DNA of 64,000 nucleotides. It comes from Pirellulales bacterium (lineage in GTDB: Bacteria > Planctomycetota > Planctomycetia > Pirellulales > PALSA-1355). Numbering within the stretch: position 1 is the first letter of the stretch; each line of letters opens with the position of its first letter. Position numbers and translations under genes: made by a program. Below the pieces are notes generated by a model, which saw only the letters and a program-made list of their open reading frames with translations, did not search any database and was not told where the DNA came from. Of the stretch, positions 31,836 through 41,848 are shown one piece after another. Where the stretch lies: positions 2,080,001 to 2,144,000 of the forward strand of contig CAVTBU010000005.1 in the NCBI GenBank assembly GCA_963733035.1. The letters run 5' to 3'.

Positions 31836-33096
31836 ATGTCTGATTCTGTCGAATCCTCCCCCGTGGCCGAACCATGCGAGGCTGCGCCGCGTGAAACCGC
31901 TGTCGGCTTTGCCACCTCGCAGGTCACTCTCAAGCCGCGCAAGGCACGACCGTTTTATGGCCGGCACCCGTGGGTGCTCGATTCGGCGGTGGCGCGTGTC
32001 GCAGGCGACGCTGCTGACGGCGATGTTGTCGATCTGATCAGCGATGCTGGCAAATTCGTGGCCCGCGGGATTTTCAACAGCCGCAGCCGAATTCGCGTGC
32101 GACTCTACACTTGGGACATCAATCAGCCACTCGCCGAAGCGTTCTGGCGGAGCAAGCTGGAAACGGCTCTCGCACTGCGGCACTCGCTAGGACTCGATGC
32201 CCGCGACGGTGCCGCCCGACTTGTCTTTAGCGAGGCGGACGGGCTGAGCGGACTGGTCGTCGATCGCTACGCCGACTGGCTGGCCGTGCAAGTGACCGGT
32301 TTGGGGATCGCACGGCGGCTTGAGGAAATCGTGGGCCAACTGCGGGAACTCATCCAGCCGCGCGGTATTTTCATCCGCACCGAAAAGGGCGTCGCCAGCG
32401 CGGAGGGGATCGAACTGCGCGATGGCTTGTATTGGGGCGACGCGCCGCAAGGCCCGGTGTTCATCACCGAAAACGATTTGAGGTATGGCGTCGATCTGGC
32501 TGAAGGGCAGAAAACGGGCTTCTATGTTGATCAGCGCGATAACCGCCTGGCGGCGGCGCGCTACTTTCGCAATCGGCGCGTCCTCGACATGTTCTGCTAC
32601 AGCGGCGGTTTCAGTCTTAATGCTGCCCGGCATGGCCAGGCTCGGGAAGTGATCGGTTTCGATTCCAGCGCCAAGGCGGTCGCTCTGGCGCAAGCGAATG
32701 CCGAACTGAATCAGGTGACCAACACGCGTTTCGAAGCGTCCGATAGTTTCAAAGCACTGGATGCCTTGCGTGACAACGGCGAGAAGTTCGGAGCCGTGAT
32801 TCTCGACCCGCCCAAATTCGCGCAGTCGCGGCTCAGTTGTCGATGCTCTCCGGGCCTATCACCGCCTCAACCGGCAGGCAGTGGAACTGCTTGAACCAGG
32901 CGGTATCCTCGTCACCTGCAGTTGCTCAGGTCACGTCACTCGCGAGGATTTTTTCTTCATGCTATTGGGGGTTGCCGAGCAGACGGGTCGCGATATCCAA
33001 GTGCTCGAAACGCGCGGCGCTTCGGCCGACCACCCCACGAGCGTGACTTGCCTCGAAAGTGAATATCTGAAATGTTTTATCTGCCGTCTGACGTAA
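31836..33096 (+). CDS. rlmI: RlmI-family 23S rRNA m5C1962 methyltransferase (apparent frameshift near 32830)
   Basis: HPWV PUA domain, SEADGLSGLVVDRY, GQKTGFYVDQRDNR, LDPPKF; TCSCS and ESEYLK in a second frame. Confidence 0.9.
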
Positions 33097-33274
33097 AGCC
33101 CTGCTGAAAGTTCAAAACCTTGCGGCAATAGGTTGCAGGGTGCCCTCCGATTCGATTGAGAACCGCAAATCCACCGAGGCTGGCGCGAACCCTCAGGGCA
33201 GCCCGCGGTGTCGAGCTTGGGATCTCGGCGGGTGCCGCGGGACTAGGGTGGGGAGTTGGCAGTTGGGGCCGCTC

Positions 33275-33304
33275 TTGACCCCGCCTGCGCCGCCTGAATA
33301 CCAT
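33275..33304 (+). promoter_or_regulatory. putative sigma-70 promoter of an intergenic transcript
   Basis: TTGACC-N18-TACCAT. Confidence 0.6.
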
Positions 33305-33413
33305 GAAGCTGTGCCGAGCTAACGTGGTTCGGCGGGACCAACGGCCCGGAGACGCCGCCGGTCAGGGCTGGCGGGAACTTCGGGATGGCCTTGGTTGGAA
33401 AGGAGGTGACCCT

Positions 33414-33446
33414 ATGTCTAGTGGTATACAGAGGTGGCTCGTTTAA
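33414..33446 (+). CDS. putative 10-aa peptide MSSGIQRWLV
   Basis: AAAGGAGGTGA SD immediately upstream of ATG; TAA lies at the tip of a hairpin. Confidence 0.45.
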   Translation: MSSGIQRWLV

Positions 33447-33537
33447 CGAGCAGCCGACGGGCTGCCTGCCTGAGAATCGGAACCTCTCGATTCCAGGGCA
33501 CGTTAGACAGCCACGTTTCTGAGACCTGTTAAGAGTG

Positions 33538-33573
33538 GAGCCGGCCGGAGCCCTTCTTCGGCCGGCTCTTTTT
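33538..33573 (+). terminator. Rho-independent terminator
   Basis: GAGCCGGCCGGAG-CCCTT-CTTCGGCCGGCTC followed by TTTTT. Confidence 0.85.
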
Positions 33574-33798
33574 CTGCGCCCAGCCGCAGACTGTCCCCCG
33601 TCCAAAGGCCCAACACCGGCCACGACCGGAATCCTTGTGATAATTGCGCAATGCGTTATTCCCGGAACCCGCAGTCGCAGTCGCAAAAACGCGATGTAAA
33701 CTCGTTTGAAGAGTGTTGCGGAGGGGAAACCGCAAAGCTAGCATGAATGCTCAATTTGGGATGATAGCGTTCACTTTGACGCCTCGGGAGGGATAGGA

Positions 33799-34830
33799 AT
33801 GCGGGCTGGAAAATCGATTCTCGTATGGGCGGCGGCTCTCATGATGGTCGCCAATCCGGCTTCGGCCTGTCGCTGGCGGTGTCGCACCTATTGCGGCCCG
33901 GTCTATTGCGCGCCGGCGTACTGTGCGCCAAGGTATTGCGGCCCGGTCTATTATGAGCCGACATATTGTGGCAGCGTGCCGGCCGACTGTTCCGCCGGTG
34001 GTGAAAGGACCGGTGGACCGGTCACGACCAATCGCGTGCCGGACCACGCGCCGGCCGAATCACCGACCCCGCAACCGACGATTGAACCAACAACGCCCGC
34101 AGCTCCGACGCAGCCGGCACCAGAGCCGTTTGAAGCACCCGCGTTCGAACCAGCGCCAGCCCCCGAAAAACCGATGCCCGCGGCTCCTGCCGAAGAACGG
34201 CTTGGACTTCCAACCGAACCGGCGCCAGCTGAAAAGGCCCCCGCAGAAGCACCAGCGGCGAAGTCCGAGGTGGAGGACCTGTTTAGCGAGCCAGCAGCGG
34301 AGCCGGCGATGCCGGCCGAAACAAAGCCCGAAGCACCGCCGTCCGACGTTGAAGACCTATTCAAAGACCCGGCCCCCGCTCCGCCGGCCGACAAGCCGAA
34401 AGACGAGGTCGACGATTTGTTCAAGGATCTGGACGACAAGAATGCGGCATCGGGCGAAGCCCACATCCCGGCGCCGGCCACTCCGGAAAACAAGGAAATC
34501 GAAGACCTGTTCAGCGATCCGCAGCCCGAATCGCCAATGAGCGCGGCGGTTGAACCGGCCCCAACGCCGGTCAAAGAAGCACCGACGCCGGTTGCAAACG
34601 TGTCGGAAGTCAAAACCGAGCTTCCGCGCCAAGACGCCGCGACGCGGCTGTGGACCGACAATACAGGCAAGTATCGGGTCCGCGGGCGGCTGGTCGTTGT
34701 AGGACCGACGCACGTGCGAATTCTCAAGGAGAACGGCAAGTTCACGACCGTGCCGTACGGAAGGCTGTCCCAAGCCGACCTGGCCTTCGTGAAGCGGCAC
34801 GCCAACGCCGCCGTTGTCGCCAGCTTCTAA
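33799..34830 (+). CDS. secreted low-complexity protein with C-terminal SHD1 domain
   Basis: Signal peptide, YC[GA]P repeats, Pro/Ala/Glu linker, RLWTDNTGKYRVRGRLV...VPYGRLSQADLAFV. Confidence 0.85.
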   Translation: MRAGKSILVWAAALMMVANPASACRWRCRTYCGPVYCAPAYCAPRYCGPVYYEPTYCGSVPADCSAGGERTGGPVTTNRVPDHAPAESPTPQPTIEPTTPAAPTQPAPEPFEAPAFEPAPAPEKPMPAAPAEERLGLPTEPAPAEKAPAEAPAAKSEVEDLFSEPAAEPAMPAETKPEAPPSDVEDLFKDPAPAPPADKPKDEVDDLFKDLDDKNAASGEAHIPAPATPENKEIEDLFSDPQPESPMSAAVEPAPTPVKEAPTPVANVSEVKTELPRQDAATRLWTDNTGKYRVRGRLVVVGPTHVRILKENGKFTTVPYGRLSQADLAFVKRHANAAVVASF

Positions 34831-34949
34831 CAGTATGCGACAAGACGCTGCCGAGCATCGTCCCGCTGCTTGGCAGGTAGGGCTACAATCACTGCCAGTG
34901 ATCCTGCCGGGTCATTGGCAGTTTTTCTTTGCGCAAGCGAGGACGCACA

Positions 34950-35711
34950 ATGAAATTCGCACCGTTGCTGTTAGCCCTGCTGGCCCTGGGTGCATCAATG
35001 CCGTCGTCGGACGCCGACGAGCCGCGCAAGCTTCTTCTGGTAGGCCAAAGTCCGGACGGGCATCCGGCGGGCACGCACGAATACATGCCCGGCGTCGAGC
35101 GGCTGGCCAAATTGCTCGAACCGAACACCGACTTGAAGATTACCGTCGCCAAGGCCGACGAACCCTGGCCCGACGGACCGCGGCTGATCAGCGAAGCCGA
35201 CGGCATCGTGATCTTCTTGTCCGAAGGCGCCAAGTGGTGTCTGACCGACCCACGGCGCCACGATGCGTTGACGCAACTTGCCGCGCGAGGCGGCGGGTTT
35301 GTCGCCTTGCACTGGGCCATGGGCACGCGCGAAACTAAACCCATCGAGCCATTCCTACAACTCTTTGGCGGTTGCCACGGCGGTCCCGACCGCAAGTACA
35401 TGGTGGTCCGCACGGAATTGCGACCGGCCGAACCGATCCATCCCATCGCAACCGGTCTTCACCCGCTGCAACTGCGTGAAGAGTTCTACTACCGGCTCAA
35501 ATTCGTCGATGCGACCCCGGGCGTCAAGCCGGTCATGCAGGCGATGATCGATGGACAGCCAGAAATCGTCGCCTGGGCGTGGCAACGTCCAGACGGCGGC
35601 AGGTCATTCGGCTACAGCGGCCTGCACTTCGATGACAACTGGCAGCTTCCAGAATACCCGCGGCTGATCAAACAAGCCGTCCTCTGGACAATGAAGTTGC
35701 CCATTGATTGA
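34950..35711 (+). CDS. ThuA-like (class I GATase fold) secreted protein
   Basis: DGHPAGTHEY, GGGFVALHWA, EEFYYRL, GGRSFGYSGLHF. Confidence 0.85.
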   Translation: MKFAPLLLALLALGASMPSSDADEPRKLLLVGQSPDGHPAGTHEYMPGVERLAKLLEPNTDLKITVAKADEPWPDGPRLISEADGIVIFLSEGAKWCLTDPRRHDALTQLAARGGGFVALHWAMGTRETKPIEPFLQLFGGCHGGPDRKYMVVRTELRPAEPIHPIATGLHPLQLREEFYYRLKFVDATPGVKPVMQAMIDGQPEIVAWAWQRPDGGRSFGYSGLHFDDNWQLPEYPRLIKQAVLWTMKLPID

Positions 35712-35791
35712 GCCTCGTCTGGATGCGCAAAAAAAACGTGCAACCAAGGTTCTTTCTCGGCTGCACGCAAGATCAATCGAAAAGAATCTGC

Positions 35792-36496
35792 CTAGCGTTT
35801 GCGGCGCCAACGACAAACGCCCACCAGCGTTAGTCCCAGCGCAGCCAGGCACAACGTACTCGGCTCCGGCGCGGAAATCGTATCGACAACCACCTGAGCA
35901 ACGACGACATCCGGCTGGATGAAGATGTCAAACGTCTCCGAGTACGGATTCGGGAAAAGATTCCACACCTCGGTGCGATGGTAGAGATTGTTCAAGGGGT
36001 CAATCAGCACGTCGTTCGCACTCACGAAACTGCTGCTGACCGTGCCACCCGGAATCGATCCCAGGATGTTCGAGAGGCCCGGCGGCGGCAGCGTGGGATT
36101 TGGCTGGTAGGTAATCTGCACCCACAATTGCTTCCATGGCTCCGTGTCGATCCAATTCGGAATGCTGAACTGGAGAGCACCGCCGGTGTTGCCGATCCAC
36201 GATCCATTGAACACGGGATCCCAGATGATGCCGCCCAAGGGCGTCACGCTGGGTAGACCTCCCCCATCGCCAACGACCGGCGGCGGTAATAGCGCATCGG
36301 GAGGACCACCGTTAGGCGTCAGAAAATCCCACGCGGCAACCGTGGTCAGTGGCTCGCCGCGCCAGGGGGGCGGAACCAAGTCGTCGGCAAATACACGGCC
36401 AGGCGACGTAACGATCGCGATGCACGCGACGGCGGCAAGGGCAAGGTGAGTCAGAGTGGCTAAATGCCGACAGGATGATGCAATAGCGACGTTCAT
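35792..36496 (-). CDS. PEP-CTERM protein
   Basis: Signal peptide; C-terminal APEPSTLCLAALGLTLVGVCRWRRKR. Confidence 0.88.
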   Translation of the reverse strand: MNVAIASSCRHLATLTHLALAAVACIAIVTSPGRVFADDLVPPPWRGEPLTTVAAWDFLTPNGGPPDALLPPPVVGDGGGLPSVTPLGGIIWDPVFNGSWIGNTGGALQFSIPNWIDTEPWKQLWVQITYQPNPTLPPPGLSNILGSIPGGTVSSSFVSANDVLIDPLNNLYHRTEVWNLFPNPYSETFDIFIQPDVVVAQVVVDTISAPEPSTLCLAALGLTLVGVCRWRRKR

Positions 36497-36841
36497 TGTC
36501 TGCGTTCTCCCAAGTAAGCGTGCAGCGAGGCAGGCACAAATTCCTACGCGCGACAGAGAAAAACTTGTGATGATCCAAGCTGAGATTCTTAATCCCCACT
36601 CTTTTGCACCGCAGACCCCTAGGAAGATTTGCGGTCGCATTGTTTCTCTCCAGAATTGCTTGAGATGACGTGGCTAGCGTCCCCTTTTCGACTCGAATGC
36701 GGATCGTGTCCACCCGACGGTTTTGGGCCGGTCGCATGGTAACGAACGAAAATTGTAAATGCAAATTTTATGTTGTTTTTTTGCGCAACACGGCGTCAAA
36801 CAATGGTTGTGCATCGCTCAAAAAGTCGAACCACCAAATGA

Positions 36842-37894
36842 CTATAAAATCTTGTAAGCCATTTTAATATCTATATTTGCACGACGAAGTTGACCGCATG
36901 CCGCGTCGATTTTGTCTCCCTTTCGCTCGCGAACCTGAACGTTCAGGCCTGCAAAACGAAGCACCTCTACAAACCGACTGACATCACCCGGCGAGGGGGT
37001 CTGATATGGGAGTCCGGCCACCGGGTTGTAGGGAATCACGTTGACGAGTGCCGTGCGGCCGCGAATCAAGGCGGCCAACCGCCGAGCGTGATCGGGCTGA
37101 TCATTGCGTCCGGCTAACAGCACGTACTCGAACGTCAATCGCCGGCCTGAAACTTCAAAGTAGCGATCGGCCGCGTCAAGGATGTCCGCCAGCGGGATGT
37201 TCTTGCTCACCTTGACCAGTTCGTGTCGCAATGCATCGTCGGGCGCATGCAGCGACACCGCCAGGTTGTAACGCGATTTTTCATCAGCCAGGCGGTGAAT
37301 CGCCTCCGGCAGCCCGACAGTCGAGATCGTGATCCGCCGGGGACTGATTCCCAGACCGTCAGCGGCGCTGGCCTGCCGAAGTGCCGGAAGCAACTGGTCC
37401 AGATTCGCCAACGGTTCGCCCATTCCCATTACCACGATGTGGCTCAGCCGCTCGTCCGTCGGTAACAAGCGGTCGAGTCGCAGCATCTGCTCGACAATCT
37501 CACCGGCCGTCAAATTGCGGGCGACACCGGCCAGGCCGCTGGCACAAAACACGCAACCCATGGCACAGCCGACCTGCGTGCTGATGCAAATCGTGCGGCG
37601 ACCTGCGTCGCGCAGCAACACGCACTCGATTTGTTGGCCATCGAAAAGTTGCACAAGGAGTTTTTCCGTGCCGTCATCGGTAACTTTGTGCAGGGGCACT
37701 TCGGTCGACCACACACGGAACTCGGCTGCCAGCAACTCTCGCAAAGAAGCGGGCAAATCGGTCATCGCGTCAAAGCTCGCGGCCCGGCCGGCGAATAACC
37801 AGCGGTGGATCTGCGCGTTGCGATATCGAGGCTGACCGTGTGCGGCCAACCAAGCGTCGAGATCTACGGCTGCCAGGTCGAGCAGATGGTTCAT
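36842..37894 (-). CDS. rlmN: 23S rRNA m2A2503/tRNA methyltransferase RlmN
   Basis: CISTQVGCAMGCVFCASG, MGMGEP, AACGQL. Confidence 0.97.
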   Translation of the reverse strand: MNHLLDLAAVDLDAWLAAHGQPRYRNAQIHRWLFAGRAASFDAMTDLPASLRELLAAEFRVWSTEVPLHKVTDDGTEKLLVQLFDGQQIECVLLRDAGRRTICISTQVGCAMGCVFCASGLAGVARNLTAGEIVEQMLRLDRLLPTDERLSHIVVMGMGEPLANLDQLLPALRQASAADGLGISPRRITISTVGLPEAIHRLADEKSRYNLAVSLHAPDDALRHELVKVSKNIPLADILDAADRYFEVSGRRLTFEYVLLAGRNDQPDHARRLAALIRGRTALVNVIPYNPVAGLPYQTPSPGDVSRFVEVLRFAGLNVQVRERKGDKIDAACGQLRRANIDIKMAYKIL

Positions 37895-38116
37895 CGGACA
37901 ATCAGTACCAAAGCGAATCTGACGTTCAAAAACGCATTTCCGGATGGATTATACGCGACCGGTTGCCCAGACTGTACGACGCTCCAGCGGCCACATGCCG
38001 GGGCGATCGTTGGGCGGAGCACAAATTGACAGTTTTCCCCCAGAATCTCACAATGCGCCTCACGACCCGCGGCGGTCGCGTCCGTTTCATTCATCAATGC
38101 GTCGAGGAACAAGAGC

Positions 38117-38791
38117 ATGTCGATGCCCGAACAACCGAATCCGTTCGATAGCCCCGAAACGGTCAGGCCAGGGATGAGCGGCGGCACGAAGGTGCTGCTC
38201 GGCGTGGGCATTGGCTGCGGCGTATTGGCCCTCCTTTGCTGCGGCGGCTTTGCCATCATGGCATTTACGTTCGGCCGCAGTTTTTCGCACGCCGCCAGCG
38301 ACGACCCGGAGACCATCCGCAAGGTCACCGAAAGCATCGTGAGCATTGAGATTCCGCCACCGCTCAAGCCCCAGGTGTCGCTCGATTGGACGATGCCGAT
38401 CGTCAATCGCAAGATGATGACCATGGCGATCTACGGAGACAAGGCGCAACACGAGAACCCTGCAAGCGTCGTGTTCCTCTTCCAAATGGATTCGGGCTTT
38501 GCCAACCGCGACATGCTCAAAGGACAATTCGAGCAGCAACTCCATCAATCGGGAAGGCAAGACTGGGAAGAAGTCGAGTTGGAAAAGTCCGAAGAGATCA
38601 CCATGGAGATCAACGGCAGCGCGGCCGAATTCAAATTCGGGCACGGCAAAGTGCGTGACGATGACCGCGAGGTATGGCAAGCCATCGGTGCATTTGATGG
38701 GAAGGGCGGCCCCGCGATGCTCTTCATGCAGCTCGACTCCGACGACTTCACCGAGGAACAAGCCCGAGCCATCATCCGTTCGATGAAATAG
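38117..38791 (+). CDS. single-pass membrane hypothetical protein
   Basis: GAGGA SD; GIGCGVLALLCCGG TM segment. Confidence 0.8.
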   Translation: MSMPEQPNPFDSPETVRPGMSGGTKVLLGVGIGCGVLALLCCGGFAIMAFTFGRSFSHAASDDPETIRKVTESIVSIEIPPPLKPQVSLDWTMPIVNRKMMTMAIYGDKAQHENPASVVFLFQMDSGFANRDMLKGQFEQQLHQSGRQDWEEVELEKSEEITMEINGSAAEFKFGHGKVRDDDREVWQAIGAFDGKGGPAMLFMQLDSDDFTEEQARAIIRSMK

Positions 38792-38870
38792 CCCCGGCGA
38801 ATCACTGGGAAGTCGAACTCGACCGGTACGGACCGCCGCGAGAACCGGCTGACGTTGTGGGTGAGCTTCG

Positions 38871-39314
38871 CTATCTGCTTTTTGCGCCGTGAATCCGCCG
38901 TTCCAAGTCTCCACTGACAAGCGCGGCTTCCAACGCCTCGACATCGGTATACACGGCGTGGCTGAGAAACTTTACCACCCAGTTGTGCGACATCGGACTG
39001 ATCGTCACCACCACGCGGCCGTGCCGGTGGGCCTCCCACATTTCGATTGCAGTGCCCATCGAGGCCTCGGGCACAAATGCAAGCACGACGTCCACTTCGC
39101 GGCACAACTCGCAGTGATGAAAAAACACCTGGCGGCCCCGTGCGTCGTCGTACGATAGTGAGTCGGCGTGATCTGCCAATGGATCGTGGATTTCCGCTGC
39201 CGGGAAATGCTGTTCGAGCAAGGAGCGCAAGTGTCCACGGTATCCTTGATGATGCAAGGTCGCCGCCAGGTGCGAACCCTGCATGATACCTGCCAAAAAG
39301 AATCGCATTGCCAT
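38871..39314 (-). CDS. nucleoside 2-deoxyribosyltransferase-like protein
   Basis: RFFLAG, DVVLAFVPEASMGTAIEMWEA. Confidence 0.7.
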   Translation of the reverse strand: MAMRFFLAGIMQGSHLAATLHHQGYRGHLRSLLEQHFPAAEIHDPLADHADSLSYDDARGRQVFFHHCELCREVDVVLAFVPEASMGTAIEMWEAHRHGRVVVTISPMSHNWVVKFLSHAVYTDVEALEAALVSGDLERRIHGAKSR

Positions 39315-39508
39315 GTCTCCCTGATCAATGCCCGCCTGCACGGGATGGTCCTGCCCTACGGCGCGTCCATGGACTAGGATAGAGACAGAGCGCCGTCCTC
39401 GACAGGGGGCGTTTGCCGTGGGCGGTAGAGGCCGTGCGCCGGGCCGCTTCGCGGCCTTGGGTCGTTGCAGGTAGTAGAACAGCCCCAGCCAGCGAACACA
39501 GTAAACCG

Positions 39509-40750
39509 ATGACCAAAGCGTCCACGCGCCGCCCGCGCCGAACGAGTTCCGCCGGTCGTCCGGCTTCCGCGTTGCAATTCTCTTTCAACCGCCGGTGCGC
39601 CGTTGACTTGGTAATGGAACTGATGGCCATTCCAGGCACGAGCGGCAGCGAGGGCGCCGTTGCCAGGTACATCACCGGCAAACTGCGCGATTGCGGGGCC
39701 CCACCTTCGACAATTCGTAGTGACAACGCACATAAGAAAACGCCGATCGCGGGTGAGATTGGGAACCTGATTTTTCAGATGCCCGGCACCCTGCGCGGAC
39801 CGCGGCGGCTGCTGATGGCGCACATGGACACGGTGCCGATTTGCGTCGGTTCCAAGCCGAAACGAAGCGGTCGGCTCGTCCGTTCGGCAAATCCGTCGAC
39901 CGGATTGGGTGCCGACGACCGGGCCGGAGTTGCCACCATCCTCTCGGCCGCGCTCGAGATCCTCGAGCAGAAACTGCCGCACCCGCCGCTGACCTTCTTT
40001 TGGCCGATTCAGGAAGAAGTTGGGTTGCAGGGGGCGCGGTGTGCCCAAACATCGCTGCTAGGAAAGCCAAAGCTGGCATTCAATTTCGATGGCGGCGCGG
40101 CAGAAAAGTTGACTGTCGGGGCCACGGGTGGCTACCGGATGCAAATCGAGGTCACCGGTCTGGCCTCGCATGCCGGAGGCGCGCCAGAGAAGGGGATCAG
40201 CGCGATTGCCATTGCCTCGCTGGCCATCGCCCGGCTTGTCGAGGACGGTTGGCACGGGCTGATCGAAAAAGACGGCGGGCAGGGGACTAGCAACGTCGGA
40301 TTCATCCAGGGCGGCCAGGCCACGAACGTCGTTACCGATCGCGTTGTGCTCAAAGCCGAGGCCCGCAGCCACGATCGCGCGTTTCGCCGGCAAATCATCA
40401 AAGCAATCGAAGCAGCCTTTCGTGACGCGGCTAGTCGGGTGCGCAACTCCGCCGGCAAACGCGGCACAGTTCGCTTCGAAGGGCATCTGGACTACGAGGC
40501 ATTTCGACTGGCCAAAGATGAACCTTCATTATTGGCCGCGGAGCAGTCGGTGCGCGCCGCCGGCCTGACGCCGCTGCGGGCGATTAGCAACGGCGGCCTG
40601 GATGCCAACTGGATGACCGCCCACGGTATCCCAACCGTCTCACTCGGTTGCGGCCAAATGAACATTCACACGACCTCCGAGTGCCTTGACCTGGCGGCCT
40701 TCGAGCATGCCTGCCAGATCGCCCTGTGGTTGGCCACCGAAAGCGAGTGA
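39509..40750 (+). CDS. M20 family metallopeptidase (peptidase T-like)
   Basis: AHMDTV, GADDRAG, QEEVG, SHAG, GGLDAN, NIHT. Confidence 0.92.
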   Translation: MTKASTRRPRRTSSAGRPASALQFSFNRRCAVDLVMELMAIPGTSGSEGAVARYITGKLRDCGAPPSTIRSDNAHKKTPIAGEIGNLIFQMPGTLRGPRRLLMAHMDTVPICVGSKPKRSGRLVRSANPSTGLGADDRAGVATILSAALEILEQKLPHPPLTFFWPIQEEVGLQGARCAQTSLLGKPKLAFNFDGGAAEKLTVGATGGYRMQIEVTGLASHAGGAPEKGISAIAIASLAIARLVEDGWHGLIEKDGGQGTSNVGFIQGGQATNVVTDRVVLKAEARSHDRAFRRQIIKAIEAAFRDAASRVRNSAGKRGTVRFEGHLDYEAFRLAKDEPSLLAAEQSVRAAGLTPLRAISNGGLDANWMTAHGIPTVSLGCGQMNIHTTSECLDLAAFEHACQIALWLATESE

Positions 40751-40753
40751 CGC

Positions 40754-41047
40754 GTGCAACTTGACGACGAACTGTGCCTTTGCTTTCACGTCACCAAACG
40801 CAAGGTAGTCAACTACCTGCGTGTGGAGAAACCCAAGCGGCCCGGACAACTTGCCGACTGCTTCGGCGCGGGGACCGGGTGCGGCTGGTGCCGGACGTAC
40901 CTGCGCCGACTATTCGATGAGGCTCAGCGTGGCACGCCGGCCGATGTCGCCGAGCCAACCGCCGCCGAGTATGCCCAAGGTCGCACGAAGTATGTCAAGG
41001 CAGGTCATGGCACGCCGCCGGCCGGCGCCACGCCGATCGACAAGTAG
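40754..41047 (+). CDS. BFD-like [2Fe-2S]-binding protein
   Basis: LCLCFHV ... AGTGCGWC. Confidence 0.88.
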   Translation: MQLDDELCLCFHVTKRKVVNYLRVEKPKRPGQLADCFGAGTGCGWCRTYLRRLFDEAQRGTPADVAEPTAAEYAQGRTKYVKAGHGTPPAGATPIDK

Positions 41048-41246
41048 ACTGCCTGACGAGGGACAAATGGCAACTCGGCGACCCTTACGCGTTGCCCGGG
41101 CAAAAATCGCTCCGCACTACCCACAATCTACCCAGCTAGCCGGCAGCGGTAGAATTTATTATCATAGGGCCCTTCACCGCGTGGTTGGGCCGGCTTCCAT
41201 TGGCCAGTCCCGCGTCGACGATTTCCTTCCTCGAAAGCACACGAAT

Positions 41247-41567
41247 ATGGCCCGTAAAGTCCTTAATCGCAAGGAGTTGCGTGAGGAATCCGACGCTGCG
41301 GAACGCTCCGGCAAGACGAAGAAGAAGGCGGCCGACAAGACCGACGCTGAGGGCAAGAAGAAGCCCGTCAAGCGCAAGAGCCGTGCCAAAACGGCCAAGG
41401 AGGTTCGTCTGAAGGCCTTTTGGGGAGTCTTCAACCAGTCGATGAAACGCGTTGCCCTGTTCGAGTACAGCCAGCGGAAGCAGGCCGAAAAGAAGGCTGC
41501 CGAACTCTCAACCTCGGCCAAGTCGCCACACTTCGTGCAGCCGGTCAAAGAAGTGATTGAAGAGTAG
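41247..41567 (+). CDS. small Lys/Arg-rich hypothetical protein
   Basis: MARKVLNRKELRE...; strongly biased codon usage. Confidence 0.8.
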   Translation: MARKVLNRKELREESDAAERSGKTKKKAADKTDAEGKKKPVKRKSRAKTAKEVRLKAFWGVFNQSMKRVALFEYSQRKQAEKKAAELSTSAKSPHFVQPVKEVIEE

Positions 41568-41848
41568 CCTTCAAGACTTTCACACCACACCGAAGCGTCT
41601 GATTGCTGACAAATTCGTCAGCGACGGACACGAGTTGCATCGACGGCGAACTCAAATCCTCGGTGTTTTTCCGCGAATCCGTCGCAATTGCCCCCTCCTG
41701 CTAGCCAAGAGCGCTTGCCCATGCGCCCGAGCGCGGTTCTTGACTAGAACTGGCGTTGCTTGACTGGCGCGGAGTTGCGCCGAAAATCGTTACGGGCAAT
41801 CGCCTTAGGAATTTTTGCCATTCGAACACGCTCAATTCGCTAGCTGCC

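Larger units (their letters stand above)
33311..33573 (+). ncRNA. candidate structured RNA or small-ORF mRNA of unknown family
   Basis: Bounded by a promoter and a terminator; several stems found by eye; loop 33320-33326 complementary to 33499-33505. Confidence 0.55.

Noticed and set aside
33399..33412. 16S rRNA 3'-end fragment on the minus strand
   Set aside because: Only the anti-SD complement matches; the flanks show no rRNA similarity, and an ATG follows at SD spacing
33311..33573. tmRNA, SRP RNA or RNase P RNA
   Set aside because: No tRNA-like ends or Ala-ending tag, no SRP GGAA-loop/AGCAG domain, no GAGGAAAGUCC; 6S cannot be excluded without a covariance search
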